Sequence record: OR413581.1
Strand: one strand, 5' to 3'
Length of the DNA stretch: 64,000 nucleotides
Part shown: positions 18,601-28,844 of the stretch, piece by piece
Numbering within the stretch: position 1 is the stretch's first letter
Layout of the letters: each line of letters begins with the position of its first letter
Notes under the pieces: model-generated
The model's database searches: none
What the model was told of the DNA's origin: nothing
Seen by the model: the letters and a program-made list of their open reading frames with translations, nothing else
Made by a program: the position numbers and the translations under genes

Positions 18601-18618
18601 GGGGAGCCTAAGCTCCCC
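18601..18618. other. hairpin downstream of the helicase stop, no adjacent U-tract on minus strand
   Basis: GGGGAGC-CTAA-GCTCCCC. Confidence 0.55.
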
Positions 18619-18626
18619 AGTGTTCG

Positions 18627-20189
18627 TTAGAACAAATCATCACCCATTCCACCGGTGAAGAAGTTGATAGACGACGCTGTTACGGTTTCTTCTTTATCAC
18701 AATCCCAAGGCAGGATGCCAACATCCTGGAAAGGTATCACTGTGTAGTGATAAGATTCTTTAGTATCGATAATGGTGCGGTGCTTACCGCGTTGAACTTC
18801 TAAGAAGCTATGGCCGTTGACCACACGCTTGTTAAAATACATTTCACCATCGGCCTCGTTATCAAGGCTCGAACAACTATCGTAAAGACCACGACCAGGT
18901 AAGTTCTTACAGAAACCTACCGGGTCTAACGCTTTTAAGCGCTTACCTTCTGGGGAAATCTGGTGTGGGGCAATTAAGAACCCACGGTTGCGTACCACTT
19001 GGATGTTACGAGCAATACGATAAATTTCTTTGATATCACTCCCGGCAATACCGTTGCCGTGTCCTGCTTTGCTGATTGTGCCTAAGTAGTCTGCGCGAAT
19101 GCCAACAACATGATAACCGCGACGACGTAAGTCGAGAATAAGGTCGTTGATGTAGTGCACTTTAAAATCGGAGTTGGTGTGCTTTTGGAAAACGTAGTCC
19201 CAACCGTTTGCGCGAATCTTACCACAGAGGTAATCAGACATTGCTGTTGTGTGTGCTAACTTCTCTTCAGCGGTCGCATCTTGGGCAATGGTCATCTGTG
19301 GAACTTGTCCTTCAAAATGACCGTACAGTGCTTGATAGCCGTAAGCTAAGTTAACGTCGAGTTCGTTTTCTAAACTCAAGTCAAGAATAATTGGTTGCAG
19401 TGTGCCCTTCACATCCGCCATTACTTTCTCAGGCGTGTTGAAGATAGGAATCGACAAGCTCAGTAAGAGACTGAACAAAGACTTACAGTTAAAAGGTAAC
19501 GCCGGCATTAGCCACAGTTCTTCGGTAATCCCTTTGTTACAACCGAGCATTTGGTTAATGGCTTTCCAGCCCGTCTGCAAACCATTACCTGCTGCTTTCT
19601 TGTTAATCGAGTCGAACACTTTAACAAACGGAGCACGATTATCCGTAACCAGCTCACCAACCAGTGATGGAATCTTATTATGAGAGCGTTCACCGAACGT
19701 AGATAGCGCCTCTTTGAGTTCGAGCACTGCGGTGTTCAGATCAACACGTGTCTCAGTTCCATTCAATGCTCCGAACGCGCGACCCATTTTTGTTTTGAGT
19801 TCGACGCTCTGTAAACATTGACGTAATTGGAAATAATATTGAGACAGTTGTCGATTAAGATGCTCGGTACGTTTGTCTTCTTCCTCGGGCAAATCGTCTT
19901 CGAGGAATTTGGTAATCGTATCGTATAGAGGACGTACTTGAGTGGTGGCCAGCTTCAAGCGCTTCATAACGCTCGCGTGGTCGTATTCCATGCCGCCGTC
20001 TATGATAGATGTGATAATGTCCTTGATCTCGATGAGTGCAAAGCGCTCTTCGCCATCTTCCGCATATTCCGGAAGCTTGATCTGCATCAGAACTTTTCTT
20101 ATGACATCATGATCCTTGCTAGGGTCCGTCAGCATAGATTCTGTATACAGTGCGGCTAAGGCGGTTATCAACATCATTTTACTATTCAT
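18627..20189 (-). CDS. dnaB: DnaB-like replicative helicase (phiKZ gp118-like)
   Basis: 520 aa; LQTGWKAINQML, phiKZ-type Walker A ALPFNCKS, RADYL, APHQ, QRGKHR; divergent from the capsid operon. Confidence 0.88.
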   Translation of the reverse strand: MNSKMMLITALAALYTESMLTDPSKDHDVIRKVLMQIKLPEYAEDGEERFALIEIKDIITSIIDGGMEYDHASVMKRLKLATTQVRPLYDTITKFLEDDLPEEEDKRTEHLNRQLSQYYFQLRQCLQSVELKTKMGRAFGALNGTETRVDLNTAVLELKEALSTFGERSHNKIPSLVGELVTDNRAPFVKVFDSINKKAAGNGLQTGWKAINQMLGCNKGITEELWLMPALPFNCKSLFSLLLSLSIPIFNTPEKVMADVKGTLQPIILDLSLENELDVNLAYGYQALYGHFEGQVPQMTIAQDATAEEKLAHTTAMSDYLCGKIRANGWDYVFQKHTNSDFKVHYINDLILDLRRRGYHVVGIRADYLGTISKAGHGNGIAGSDIKEIYRIARNIQVVRNRGFLIAPHQISPEGKRLKALDPVGFCKNLPGRGLYDSCSSLDNEADGEMYFNKRVVNGHSFLEVQRGKHRTIIDTKESYHYTVIPFQDVGILPWDCDKEETVTASSINFFTGGMGDDLF

Positions 20190-20203
20190 GGAGCATCCTT
20201 AAA

Positions 20204-20728
20204 ATGCAAATTCGTTTTAGTCCACCGTGGGAAGTTCAATCTAACATAGATAAAGGGGCTGGCGTTAAAAAGTTGGAGGAACTCCAAGCAAGCTTCTTTA
20301 ACTGGTTATATGACTGCTCGTCGGGCTTTAGTTCCATCATACTGCCAGTGAGTGACCCTATTTCGATTTATAAATCGATTATGGCACCACCTGCACTTCC
20401 GACTCTTTATTATGACCAGGTCTTAAACCTGGTTGAGAAAGGTACGAATGAAACCCTTGCTGATTTATATGGGGAATCATTCGACGGTCGTTTACGTTGG
20501 GTGTTCTCACAACGTGGCGATGTTGTTGTGGCGTCTTTTGCAGAAGCTAAATCCGGACCGGGTTTTTCTTTAAGTGAAGACCACGCTGCGAAAAAGATGT
20601 TCTGCGCAGAACTTTTTAAATATATGCGTCCCAAGACTCGTGTCGTGGATGATACGTTCAGTACGTCGACGCAGTTTGCTGCGCACGAAGTGCTGACGCA
20701 GTTGTACGCATGTCATTTATCTAAATAA
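20204..20728 (+). CDS. conserved protein preceding major capsid (virion-associated in relatives)
   Basis: 174 aa from ATG 20204, GGAG at 20190. Confidence 0.65.
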   Translation: MQIRFSPPWEVQSNIDKGAGVKKLEELQASFFNWLYDCSSGFSSIILPVSDPISIYKSIMAPPALPTLYYDQVLNLVEKGTNETLADLYGESFDGRLRWVFSQRGDVVVASFAEAKSGPGFSLSEDHAAKKMFCAELFKYMRPKTRVVDDTFSTSTQFAAHEVLTQLYACHLSK

Positions 20729-20740
20729 GGTAAACTTGAA

Positions 20741-23041
20741 ATGAAAGATACCCGTATCGCTAGTCTGGACCAGCTGGTTCAGCAGGGCAATGCTCTGGTC
20801 GCTGCTGCCAAGGCAGGCTCTTCCGCTAATGACGTATGGCAAACCGTAGCCGTTGGCGAATCTGTACGTAAAAATGCTGCCGGCTTCACCAACCTGCGTG
20901 ACACTGCTCAGCAGCACTACGAAGCTGTAAACCCTGGCAAAACCATGAGCCACGCTGCTCAGGTTGCTTCTGCGATGATTCTGGCTGCTGCCGGTCACGA
21001 AGATGACTTCATGACCCGTGTTGCTGCTGAGAGCGCGAAGCCGGAATACGCCAGCTATATGCCGATCGCTATTTCTGGTGCAGCATCCCTGGCTGCTGAC
21101 TACGGTAAAACTCCGCTGGTCGCAACCGAATACTACACCAACAAAGACCTGGACAAAAACCTGGGTCTGACCTGGACGCTGAACGTGCGTGCTCTGGAAA
21201 CTCAATCCAAGTTTGCAGAAACCCTGTTCCCGACCATCACTGTGGACACCAACGACGTCGGCATCACCGTTCGTACCAAAGTTACTACTGTAACTCGTGG
21301 TATCCTGAACGCCCTGCTGACCAAAGACGTGGTTGAAGACAACCGTCAGCCGCTGCATAACGCGCTGTCTAACCACAAAGTCCTGCAGGACGATGCTATC
21401 CGTATCGTACCTTACGTGATGGAAACCGGCGAGAACGCGAAGTTCTTCGTATCCGAAGACATCATCGAAAACGAAAACGTTCAGCTGGGTCGTGTGCCGG
21501 CGTATCCGACCAACTACCTGAGCTTCTCTGAACGTCGTCTGAACCTGTTCCAGCTGTCTGCCCATCCGGGTATCGTGCAGGAAGGTTACGATGAAACCGA
21601 CGAAATCGCACCGGGTGCGGCGCTGGGTAGCCTGCTGCTGTCTGTGCGTAAGCCGACTGAAGAAGCGAAAGATGGCGCGCTGATCAAACTGAACGTACGC
21701 GACATGCAGTTCGCTACCTTCCAGCGTCCTCCTGAAGGTGATGGCCGTGAGCTGGTCCTGCAGTTCCGTCGCACTGTGTTCTCCCTGAACGCCAAGTCTC
21801 TGGACTGGAAAGGTGCTGAAATCCCGGCACTGGCCGCTCTGGCACAGAACGATTACACCATTCGTTATTCCATGAACATCAGCATGTCTCTGTTCACCAA
21901 CGGTCAGTTCTCTGGTCGTGTTGACGTGACTGCACCGTCTCTGGAAATCGAAGGTCTGTACGACGCAACTGGTACTGCTGTTGATATCGAAAGCGGCACC
22001 GGCAAAGTCATCATCGACAACCTGAAACTGGAGCTGCTGGGCTGGCGCTTCGACGGTACTCGTACCAACGAGAACCGGAGAACCCAGGGCCTTCTGCTCG
22101 ACCCGATTTGGGAACAAGAGAACTACAAACTGCAGTACGGTTCTCCGATCATGACCAAATCTCCGGTTGGCGTTGAATACGACGACACCGAACGTCTGGA
22201 CGACCTCGTTTCTGCGGTTAACATCCGTAACGAAATGCTGGCTATCACTCAGACTCTGTCTTACACCGAAGCGGTTAAGAACGCAGCTGCGTCCATGATC
22301 ACTCCGTGGGACAAACCTGCTATCCGCGGCCTGGGCCGTCACTGGGTTGCTCCGTGGTACAGCGAAAGCGACTACGAAGTGGACAAAGTGATCCAGTCTC
22401 TGGATACCAAAGATGCGCTCATCAACGCCCGTCAGGGTCTGGTACAGCGTATCGGCGACCAGGTAACTCGTGCTATCCAGGATTCTCGTTTCATGCCGGC
22501 TCTGCGCCTGCTGACTGCGGACCCGAACGCACTGCCGAAAGTTGTTATCGCAACTGACGAACCGACTGCTGCAATGCTGCTGCTGGTTCAGGGTGACCAG
22601 CGTCTGCTGGGCGATCGCTACGAGTACGAAGTTATCACCACCAACGATGACCGCTGGCGTGTGAAGAACGAAGCTGACGGCAGCTGGACTCGCCGCCTGC
22701 AGTGGGTTCTGAAAGTTCCAACCGCTGATGATGGTTCTTACTGTGTTCTGAACTGGGGTAACCACTTCTGGTCTCCGATCATGGTAACCAACATCAACAT
22801 CCAGCGTAACGGCGCTACCAGCAAAGAGCTGGCAGTACAGCCTCGTAACGCGCACATCTGCCACTGCCCGATCACTGGTCTGATCTGGATTAAAGGTATC
22901 ACCAAGTTCGTGGAAGAGAAACTGGCGTTCAACGTCACTACTACTTCCAACGGTACCGGCGGTACTGACGGCGGTAATGCTGGTGATGTTGGCGGCGGTG
23001 CTACCCAGCCAGGTACTGGCGGTGAAGGCGCTGGCGGCTAA
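20741..23041 (+). CDS. major capsid protein precursor (phiKZ gp120/SPN3US gp75-like)
   Basis: 766 aa, extreme codon bias, propeptide ending ATE-130, Gly-rich C-terminal tail, position between helicase and RNAP beta. Confidence 0.92.
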   Translation: MKDTRIASLDQLVQQGNALVAAAKAGSSANDVWQTVAVGESVRKNAAGFTNLRDTAQQHYEAVNPGKTMSHAAQVASAMILAAAGHEDDFMTRVAAESAKPEYASYMPIAISGAASLAADYGKTPLVATEYYTNKDLDKNLGLTWTLNVRALETQSKFAETLFPTITVDTNDVGITVRTKVTTVTRGILNALLTKDVVEDNRQPLHNALSNHKVLQDDAIRIVPYVMETGENAKFFVSEDIIENENVQLGRVPAYPTNYLSFSERRLNLFQLSAHPGIVQEGYDETDEIAPGAALGSLLLSVRKPTEEAKDGALIKLNVRDMQFATFQRPPEGDGRELVLQFRRTVFSLNAKSLDWKGAEIPALAALAQNDYTIRYSMNISMSLFTNGQFSGRVDVTAPSLEIEGLYDATGTAVDIESGTGKVIIDNLKLELLGWRFDGTRTNENRRTQGLLLDPIWEQENYKLQYGSPIMTKSPVGVEYDDTERLDDLVSAVNIRNEMLAITQTLSYTEAVKNAAASMITPWDKPAIRGLGRHWVAPWYSESDYEVDKVIQSLDTKDALINARQGLVQRIGDQVTRAIQDSRFMPALRLLTADPNALPKVVIATDEPTAAMLLLVQGDQRLLGDRYEYEVITTNDDRWRVKNEADGSWTRRLQWVLKVPTADDGSYCVLNWGNHFWSPIMVTNINIQRNGATSKELAVQPRNAHICHCPITGLIWIKGITKFVEEKLAFNVTTTSNGTGGTDGGNAGDVGGGATQPGTGGEGAGG

Positions 23042-23071
23042 TAATCCGTAAGGATTACGTTGCCTAAGATT

Positions 23072-23109
23072 AGCTTACTCCCTTCGGGGAGTAAGCTTTT
23101 TCTTTTTTT
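23072..23109 (+). terminator. intrinsic terminator
   Basis: AGCTTACTCCC-TTCG-GGGAGTAAGCT plus T-tract. Confidence 0.92.
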
Positions 23110-23117
23110 CTAAAAAT

Positions 23118-23142
23118 TTATAGATAGATATTATCTTAGGGA
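23118..23142 (+). promoter_or_regulatory. early-type promoter variant
   Basis: TTATAGATAGATATTATCTTAGGGA aligns ungapped to the 25-bp motif. Confidence 0.65.
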
Positions 23143-23176
23143 GAGAGTCGTTCGGTTTTAACTTAAGGAGACAGTA

Positions 23177-23875
23177 ATGGTAATCAATTTAGAAAAATCA
23201 AGATTAGTTGCGCCTATGTTCGACGGCAGAGGATTTATGGCAGCCGGCTTTTTTGTATCGGAATGCTCTGTTCCCTTCCGTGAAAATCCTGAAGAACCTA
23301 CTAATTTTTATCTCAGTCACGATGCGGTAAGCGCGATATTGCAGTGGGTAAGGATGTGGGAATTTCATTTACAAGGTGATGACAGTCTGCGGATGGATTA
23401 TCCGCAGTTAAATATAAACGGTGTTGTGTTCACTCTATATTCCATCGCCGACTACGACTACAATGAGCTGAAAAATATACACCCTAGCCAGGCAACGCAA
23501 ATATTCGACACCATACGTCAGAACTTCGCGACTGGGTTTACTGAACGGAAAGATTTGTGGGAAAAAGCCAATCACCCATTTGGTAGTTATTCTGCGGAGT
23601 CGTTTAACGTTCTCGGCAGAAGGATGGAGTTTGACTACGATAACGCCGCAGTGCGTTATAATTACCAAATCGTGAATCAGCCGATCCCCGCCCCGTATGC
23701 GTCTCTCGAGTTAACGATGGTAAAGATAGCCGATGCACTCCTCTCAGTAGCAAACACGAACACGTATCCGCAAGCTGGATACGAGCTGGGTCTGAAGTTG
23801 GGCTTCGGCGACCAGAAGTTGGCTGATTTAACCCGCGACCAACTCCGCGAAATAGCCCAACGCCTAATACCCTAA
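23177..23875 (+). CDS. hypothetical protein
   Basis: 232 aa, RBS AAGGAG. Confidence 0.75.
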   Translation: MVINLEKSRLVAPMFDGRGFMAAGFFVSECSVPFRENPEEPTNFYLSHDAVSAILQWVRMWEFHLQGDDSLRMDYPQLNINGVVFTLYSIADYDYNELKNIHPSQATQIFDTIRQNFATGFTERKDLWEKANHPFGSYSAESFNVLGRRMEFDYDNAAVRYNYQIVNQPIPAPYASLELTMVKIADALLSVANTNTYPQAGYELGLKLGFGDQKLADLTRDQLREIAQRLIP

Positions 23876-23881
23876 AGTTTT

Positions 23882-23904
23882 TTACGTTACGGGCACTGGG
23901 TATG
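23882..23904 (+). promoter_or_regulatory. bipartite promoter candidate TTAC-N15-TATG
   Basis: TTAC 23882-85, TATG 23901-04. Confidence 0.6.
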
Positions 23905-23922
23905 AACCCGTGCCCAAAGTAA

Positions 23923-23947
23923 TCTGAGATAGATATTATCTACGTGA
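23923..23947 (+). promoter_or_regulatory. early-type promoter variant upstream of the RNAP beta operon
   Basis: TCTGAGATAGATATTATCTACGTGA. Confidence 0.65.
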
Positions 23948-23980
23948 ATAATTCTTTTGGTATTATTACTGGGATGCTCA

Positions 23981-24985
23981 ATGAACCGTTATGATTTAGA
24001 CGTTCAGCCAACGCTAACCCAGCGGCCCATGCACCGTGGTGCCGTGTCGAAGACTATCACGTACGAAAATAATACCGGGTTTCCCATTTACGTCACTGAA
24101 CTCAGTGGCGGGCATTTTGTTTTAGCCCCGTCGTCCACCACAGCGGCGGAATTTGGGATTGTTATTTACGTGACCTATACGGTGTTTGCGAACGGTGCTA
24201 ACCTATCTGGTTTGCGCGACGCACATTCGCCAAAGCAGTATGCGCAGATATGTAAGGAATTAACTACGAACGGCGAAACAACGCTGATGTATGTAGTTGA
24301 TGATATCGGTGCGTTAATGCGAGGCGACTTGGTGGTGTTGAAGAAGCTAGGAATGGCTTTCTCTACCCAACCAGTAAAACTCGATTCTGAGGTTATTGGT
24401 AAGCCAGGAGGGGATCGTAAAGAATTTGCCTTGGGCGTGGTAGTTGTGCAGAAGTACGAAGACCCAGCACCTTTAAAATGGCTGAGGTTCTATACAACGA
24501 TGTTGGAAGTCGAACCGATTCGATCGAAGTATTACGACGAGGGTATTTACATGGTAATCGGTGGTGCGGAGTGTGTCGAAGGGGGTAAGATGATAATGTA
24601 CGCTTTCGATGACCCGATGTCCCCGTTCCGGGCGTTTGCATCTGAAGATGAAGCGAGGCGTTATCGGTGGCTCGATAACATTCCAGAGTTGCGAGATGTT
24701 CGTGCGAAGCTGGAAGCCACGTATCAGGCCAAGTTGCAAGATCTCGATGAGAAAAAGAATCGGCAAGACCTCGATTATCGTACGCAACTTAATAATCTGG
24801 CGCTGGAGAAGGAGAGGATTAACACCCTTAACGCAATCCAGACGAATGAGCTTAAGTTGCGTTCCGATGTTCGTAAAGACCAATACGAGTCCCGAGCTTA
24901 TCAGCGAAAAGATAGCTCGGAGTTCTTGAAATCCATTCCCGCGTATTTGGCTGCAGGGGTAGCACTCGTTGGGATGATTCTCTGA
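23981..24985 (+). CDS. conserved phiKZ-like core protein (gp122-like) with C-terminal coiled coil
   Basis: 334 aa from ATG 23981; coiled-coil then hydrophobic C-terminal end; always adjacent to RNAP beta in this family as I recall. Confidence 0.65.
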   Translation: MNRYDLDVQPTLTQRPMHRGAVSKTITYENNTGFPIYVTELSGGHFVLAPSSTTAAEFGIVIYVTYTVFANGANLSGLRDAHSPKQYAQICKELTTNGETTLMYVVDDIGALMRGDLVVLKKLGMAFSTQPVKLDSEVIGKPGGDRKEFALGVVVVQKYEDPAPLKWLRFYTTMLEVEPIRSKYYDEGIYMVIGGAECVEGGKMIMYAFDDPMSPFRAFASEDEARRYRWLDNIPELRDVRAKLEATYQAKLQDLDEKKNRQDLDYRTQLNNLALEKERINTLNAIQTNELKLRSDVRKDQYESRAYQRKDSSEFLKSIPAYLAAGVALVGMIL

Positions 24986-24996
24986 GGGAGGCCGGT

Positions 24997-26775
24997 GTGT
25001 TTAAAGATGCGATTAGGAAGATTAAAGAGGCAGGCGAAATAGTGCCTTTTAATCGTGCAATTGCAGAAGGAGTTGGGTACACACAAGCTAAAGATGGGAT
25101 ACATGATCGTGTGGCAACCATTCTACGTCGTGAGTTGACGTATGATGAAATCGATAATCCGAAATTACCAGAAGGGTTAACGGTATTAGGTTGTCGCCAA
25201 ATGTCGCCGTTTGAAGCTTTTATCTTTAAGTTATCGAAGTCGGATAACAATTCACGAAATAATCGTGGCCGGTCAATTATTAACATCTCATCCACTGACA
25301 CGTATATGGTAATGGCCTCGTTCCGAGTTCCAGGTGATCCTCGCCCGGTACAACGACCAATGAGCCTGCCGTTTATTCGTCGTGGCGGCTTAATGAACTA
25401 CTATGGTACAACGTACCACGTAGCACCTGTAATCCATCAACCTGGTATATGTCGTGAGCACGGTGGTATCTTTATTAACTTTGACTTCACACGCAAGGTG
25501 TCTATCAAGTTCTGTAAGAAACCAACGAAGATTCTGGTGAATGGTCGCCCTGAGCAGCTGTTCTTGCCAGGTACATCGAATCTGTTTGTCTCAACTGGAC
25601 AGATTGGACACGACACCGATGAGAAGCCACTGATGTATTGGCTCTTTGGGCGTTATGGCTTTAAACAAGCCGTGAAGCGTTATGCGGGCGTTGATGTGAC
25701 GATTTGGCCAGCGATTAAAGTACGTGATGTGGACTTAACGAAGTATGTGGTGATTCAATCTGGTGAGCCACAACTCGCGAAGACCATCCAGTACGTACTG
25801 TTGGTTAAACGTGAAGATATGCCTAACACCGATGCAGGGCGTTGGGATCAAAACGAACATCTGTTGCTGGTAGCGACTGCCGCATTCTTCAAAGCGGCGC
25901 ACTATTACGCAGGTAAACAGAACAGTAAGAACGGTCGTGCACCAACACTGCCGGGGCTGTTTACACAGATTAATGAAATGGCAATGGACGAAGATATTGC
26001 AAACCTCAACTCTGCAGCGTCTTGGCGTGAAGTGTTGGGCCGCAGTATTCGCGGACTGAAGCCTTCGGATATCGAACTGAGTCGCAGTATGGACAGCCAC
26101 TTCCAGGAATGTGAACGCTATGTCAACAGCACCTTCCGTGGTGAGCTGATGGCAAACGATCCGTCCATCCCTGATGATTTGGATATGTTTGATTTCCTCT
26201 GGTATACCACGCAGCTGATGGTACGCACTCGACTTACCAAGCAAGATGATATTCCGTCTATGTACGGAAAACGTCTCACGGTAACCGATTACTTACTGTT
26301 GGGCCAACGTGGCTTTACCACAACGATCTCGAAAATACGTTGGAAGCTGGGGCAGTTGGAACATCGGACTCCAGAGACAGCGGCGAAGTCTATTCGAGAC
26401 GCACTGAACAAACAGATCGTGCTCAATCTGGTGATGCGCACCATTACGAGCAACGGCGGTATCAGTTTCTTCAATGCCTCTACAGAATCAATGGTATTGG
26501 CAGTGTCTACGCACGCCATCGGTCAAACCGAAACCGATGCTAAGCGTTCGAAGAAAGGAGGCAAGACCGTTAACTTGAACGACCGTACTAAGCACGCATC
26601 CGCGTCGCATCTGGAATGTGGTAACGTCTATTATATTCCTAAGTCGGCACCGTTTAAGGCGAACATCCTCAACCCGTACATGAAGACCAACCCAAGTTTG
26701 GTAATGATGCGGAATCCTAAACTGGACCCGTACATCAGACCGACCGAAGAAGACATTGCTAAAATCGGCCGCTAA
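24997..26775 (+). CDS. non-virion RNA polymerase, beta subunit N-terminal part (phiKZ gp123-like)
   Basis: 592 aa; MSLPFIRRGGLMNYYGTTYHVAPVI matches beta region motif; canonical position after MCP. Confidence 0.8.
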   Translation: MFKDAIRKIKEAGEIVPFNRAIAEGVGYTQAKDGIHDRVATILRRELTYDEIDNPKLPEGLTVLGCRQMSPFEAFIFKLSKSDNNSRNNRGRSIINISSTDTYMVMASFRVPGDPRPVQRPMSLPFIRRGGLMNYYGTTYHVAPVIHQPGICREHGGIFINFDFTRKVSIKFCKKPTKILVNGRPEQLFLPGTSNLFVSTGQIGHDTDEKPLMYWLFGRYGFKQAVKRYAGVDVTIWPAIKVRDVDLTKYVVIQSGEPQLAKTIQYVLLVKREDMPNTDAGRWDQNEHLLLVATAAFFKAAHYYAGKQNSKNGRAPTLPGLFTQINEMAMDEDIANLNSAASWREVLGRSIRGLKPSDIELSRSMDSHFQECERYVNSTFRGELMANDPSIPDDLDMFDFLWYTTQLMVRTRLTKQDDIPSMYGKRLTVTDYLLLGQRGFTTTISKIRWKLGQLEHRTPETAAKSIRDALNKQIVLNLVMRTITSNGGISFFNASTESMVLAVSTHAIGQTETDAKRSKKGGKTVNLNDRTKHASASHLECGNVYYIPKSAPFKANILNPYMKTNPSLVMMRNPKLDPYIRPTEEDIAKIGR

Positions 26776-26806
26776 TTATTACATCTCTTAAGGAGTATTA
26801 TTTACA

Positions 26807-28477
26807 ATGAGCATTACTGTTGAACAAATCAAAAACGTCATCGTTAAACACCTCGATCAGGACGCGGTACTGTCGCAGTTGAATAACGTGATGCGTAGTC
26901 GTAGCATTCCGCCAGATCAGGCGTTAAAGATTGCGACGTATGTTGCGGCATGGGCAGCATCCAAAGGGGGTAGTGAAGCACAGGTTATCGCATATGCAGT
27001 CGATGCGTATAAAGCAGCTGCCTATCAGCAGGTGCATAACGCAGGCGACGCGTATAACGACGATCGTCACACCAAACTGGTTAATGCTTGGGAACAAGTC
27101 GGTAAGATTCTTGCCGAAATTCGTTCTCAGCAGTCCGGCGGTTTGGGTGGCAGTGGTGGTTTAGGTGGTGGTAGCAACGCAGGCGGGTTACTGGGCGGTA
27201 ACAGTTCTGGCGGTGTGCGTGTTACTGATGGCTTGACCATGTCTTCTGCGCCATCCGGTGGTGTTAAGATTGGTAACACGGATGCGGCACTAACCGTGAT
27301 TGCTGGCGGCGCAGGTCTTAACCTGGTCAGTGATCCTATTCTGAACCCACAACCGGCGCAAGTAGCCCCAGCACAACAGCCCCAGCCTGAACCAGCACCG
27401 GTGCCTGTACAACCAATGCCGGTGTCTAATGCTACAGTTAATAACCCAGTGCTTTCCCCACTCGGCGCAACAGAAGAAACCGAGAAGGACACTACCAATG
27501 GCCCAATTAACAACATTCTGCAGGAGATTGATTTGATGGAAGACTACGCACTTCACGAGCTGAAAACCCCCGAGCTTAAAATGTCGATTCCAGCGAAGGA
27601 AGCTAACAGTCGCATTAAGCAATCTGTTTACGCGGAAACGCGTGATTGGGCTACACCGTTGCAAGATATCTTTAACGGTAATGAAGAGGTTGTTTTCTAC
27701 GACGGGGCTGACCTGATTGTGCGTGCACGGGATAGTTATCGCGCGTATCTGGTCGGTGTTAACACTGATATGTGCGAACGCATGAAGCAATTTGTTGCTA
27801 AGCACGACGCACTGAAATCCGATCTCGACAGCCTGGCGTTGGTAGAAGATGTTGAAACTATCATGGCTAAGGTGAAGCGTACGATCGATGAACTGCGTAA
27901 GAACACGAAAGAACTGCACGAATATGCGATTGCGAACAGCAGCGAAGCAGAAGTGGTTATCAGTGAAATTTCTCGCTTTGCTAATGCGTACCTGGCGAAT
28001 ATCACTTTCCTGGTACACAACGCGCTGTCGCTGGGCACTAAGCGCGGTAAAGATGTGCCGAAGTTCAAAGCTATCGATTTCGAACGGAAAATCAGCGATA
28101 TTGATTTCTTCGTAAAAGATCTGTTCACAGCAACCGCTGGCGACAACGGTGTAAGTGAATATGAAGACTGGTTCCGTGACCTGTTCTTGATGGTAGCGAA
28201 CTCTCTGCGCAAGCTGACTATCAAGCTGAGCGATTCTGGCAAGGTGGTTAATCTGATTCAGAGCCAGTTCACCATCGTGATTCCAGGCATGTACCATTCT
28301 GTTGATAAACACGACGTAGTTACGGTAGCGTCTCTAGGCAATACCGCAGACCCAGTTGTGTCTATCTACGAGGCTGTGCAGGAAAACGTGCCACATGCAA
28401 TCGTATTGATGCAGCTGCCGCAGCACACTTACCTGCTTCTGAGCAATGGTGAGAAAACTGCACCAGTGTTGTACTAA
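26807..28477 (+). CDS. conserved hypothetical protein with Gly-rich and Pro/Gln-rich linker
   Basis: 556 aa, RBS AAGGAG. Confidence 0.8.
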   Translation: MSITVEQIKNVIVKHLDQDAVLSQLNNVMRSRSIPPDQALKIATYVAAWAASKGGSEAQVIAYAVDAYKAAAYQQVHNAGDAYNDDRHTKLVNAWEQVGKILAEIRSQQSGGLGGSGGLGGGSNAGGLLGGNSSGGVRVTDGLTMSSAPSGGVKIGNTDAALTVIAGGAGLNLVSDPILNPQPAQVAPAQQPQPEPAPVPVQPMPVSNATVNNPVLSPLGATEETEKDTTNGPINNILQEIDLMEDYALHELKTPELKMSIPAKEANSRIKQSVYAETRDWATPLQDIFNGNEEVVFYDGADLIVRARDSYRAYLVGVNTDMCERMKQFVAKHDALKSDLDSLALVEDVETIMAKVKRTIDELRKNTKELHEYAIANSSEAEVVISEISRFANAYLANITFLVHNALSLGTKRGKDVPKFKAIDFERKISDIDFFVKDLFTATAGDNGVSEYEDWFRDLFLMVANSLRKLTIKLSDSGKVVNLIQSQFTIVIPGMYHSVDKHDVVTVASLGNTADPVVSIYEAVQENVPHAIVLMQLPQHTYLLLSNGEKTAPVLY

Positions 28478-28484
28478 GTAATAC

Positions 28485-28520
28485 GGAGACCTTCGGGTCT
28501 CCTATTATTATTTTTTTATT
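28485..28520 (+). terminator. intrinsic terminator
   Basis: GGAGACC-TTCG-GGTCTCC plus T-rich tail. Confidence 0.8.
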
Positions 28521-28543
28521 CTATCGTGAAAAGGAGTATTAAA

Positions 28544-28810
28544 ATGTCTAGTGTTGAAGCAGTAATCTATTTTGAAAACGATGGGGTCGCGGGGTGCGGC
28601 TTCCCGAAGACAGCTGGGGTTAAATCTCTGTTGGCAAAGTATAAAGAGGAGCTTAAGAAAACGGCAGGGCAGAACCCTGGCGTGCCGCTGCGTAGTATTT
28701 TTCCTGAGATGGAGAAGGCTGCAAAAGTTGATCCGGTGTTGGGTATGTTCTGCGGGATGATCAAAGAGCGATTCCCTGACATTGATAAGTACCACATTAC
28801 GCTGGCGTAA
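28544..28810 (+). CDS. small basic hypothetical protein
   Basis: 88 aa from ATG 28544, RBS AAGGAG. Confidence 0.7.
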   Translation: MSSVEAVIYFENDGVAGCGFPKTAGVKSLLAKYKEELKKTAGQNPGVPLRSIFPEMEKAAKVDPVLGMFCGMIKERFPDIDKYHITLA

Positions 28811-28844
28811 TTATTATAGAGTAGCTCTATAATGAGGTTCGAGC

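Noticed and set aside
20717-22864. 715-aa minus-strand ORF
   Set aside because: Antisense shadow of the strongly codon-biased major capsid gene; no RBS or recognisable motifs.
26807-28477. Chimallin (nuclear shell) candidate by size
   Set aside because: No recognisable similarity; as I recall chimallin lies in a different conserved block.
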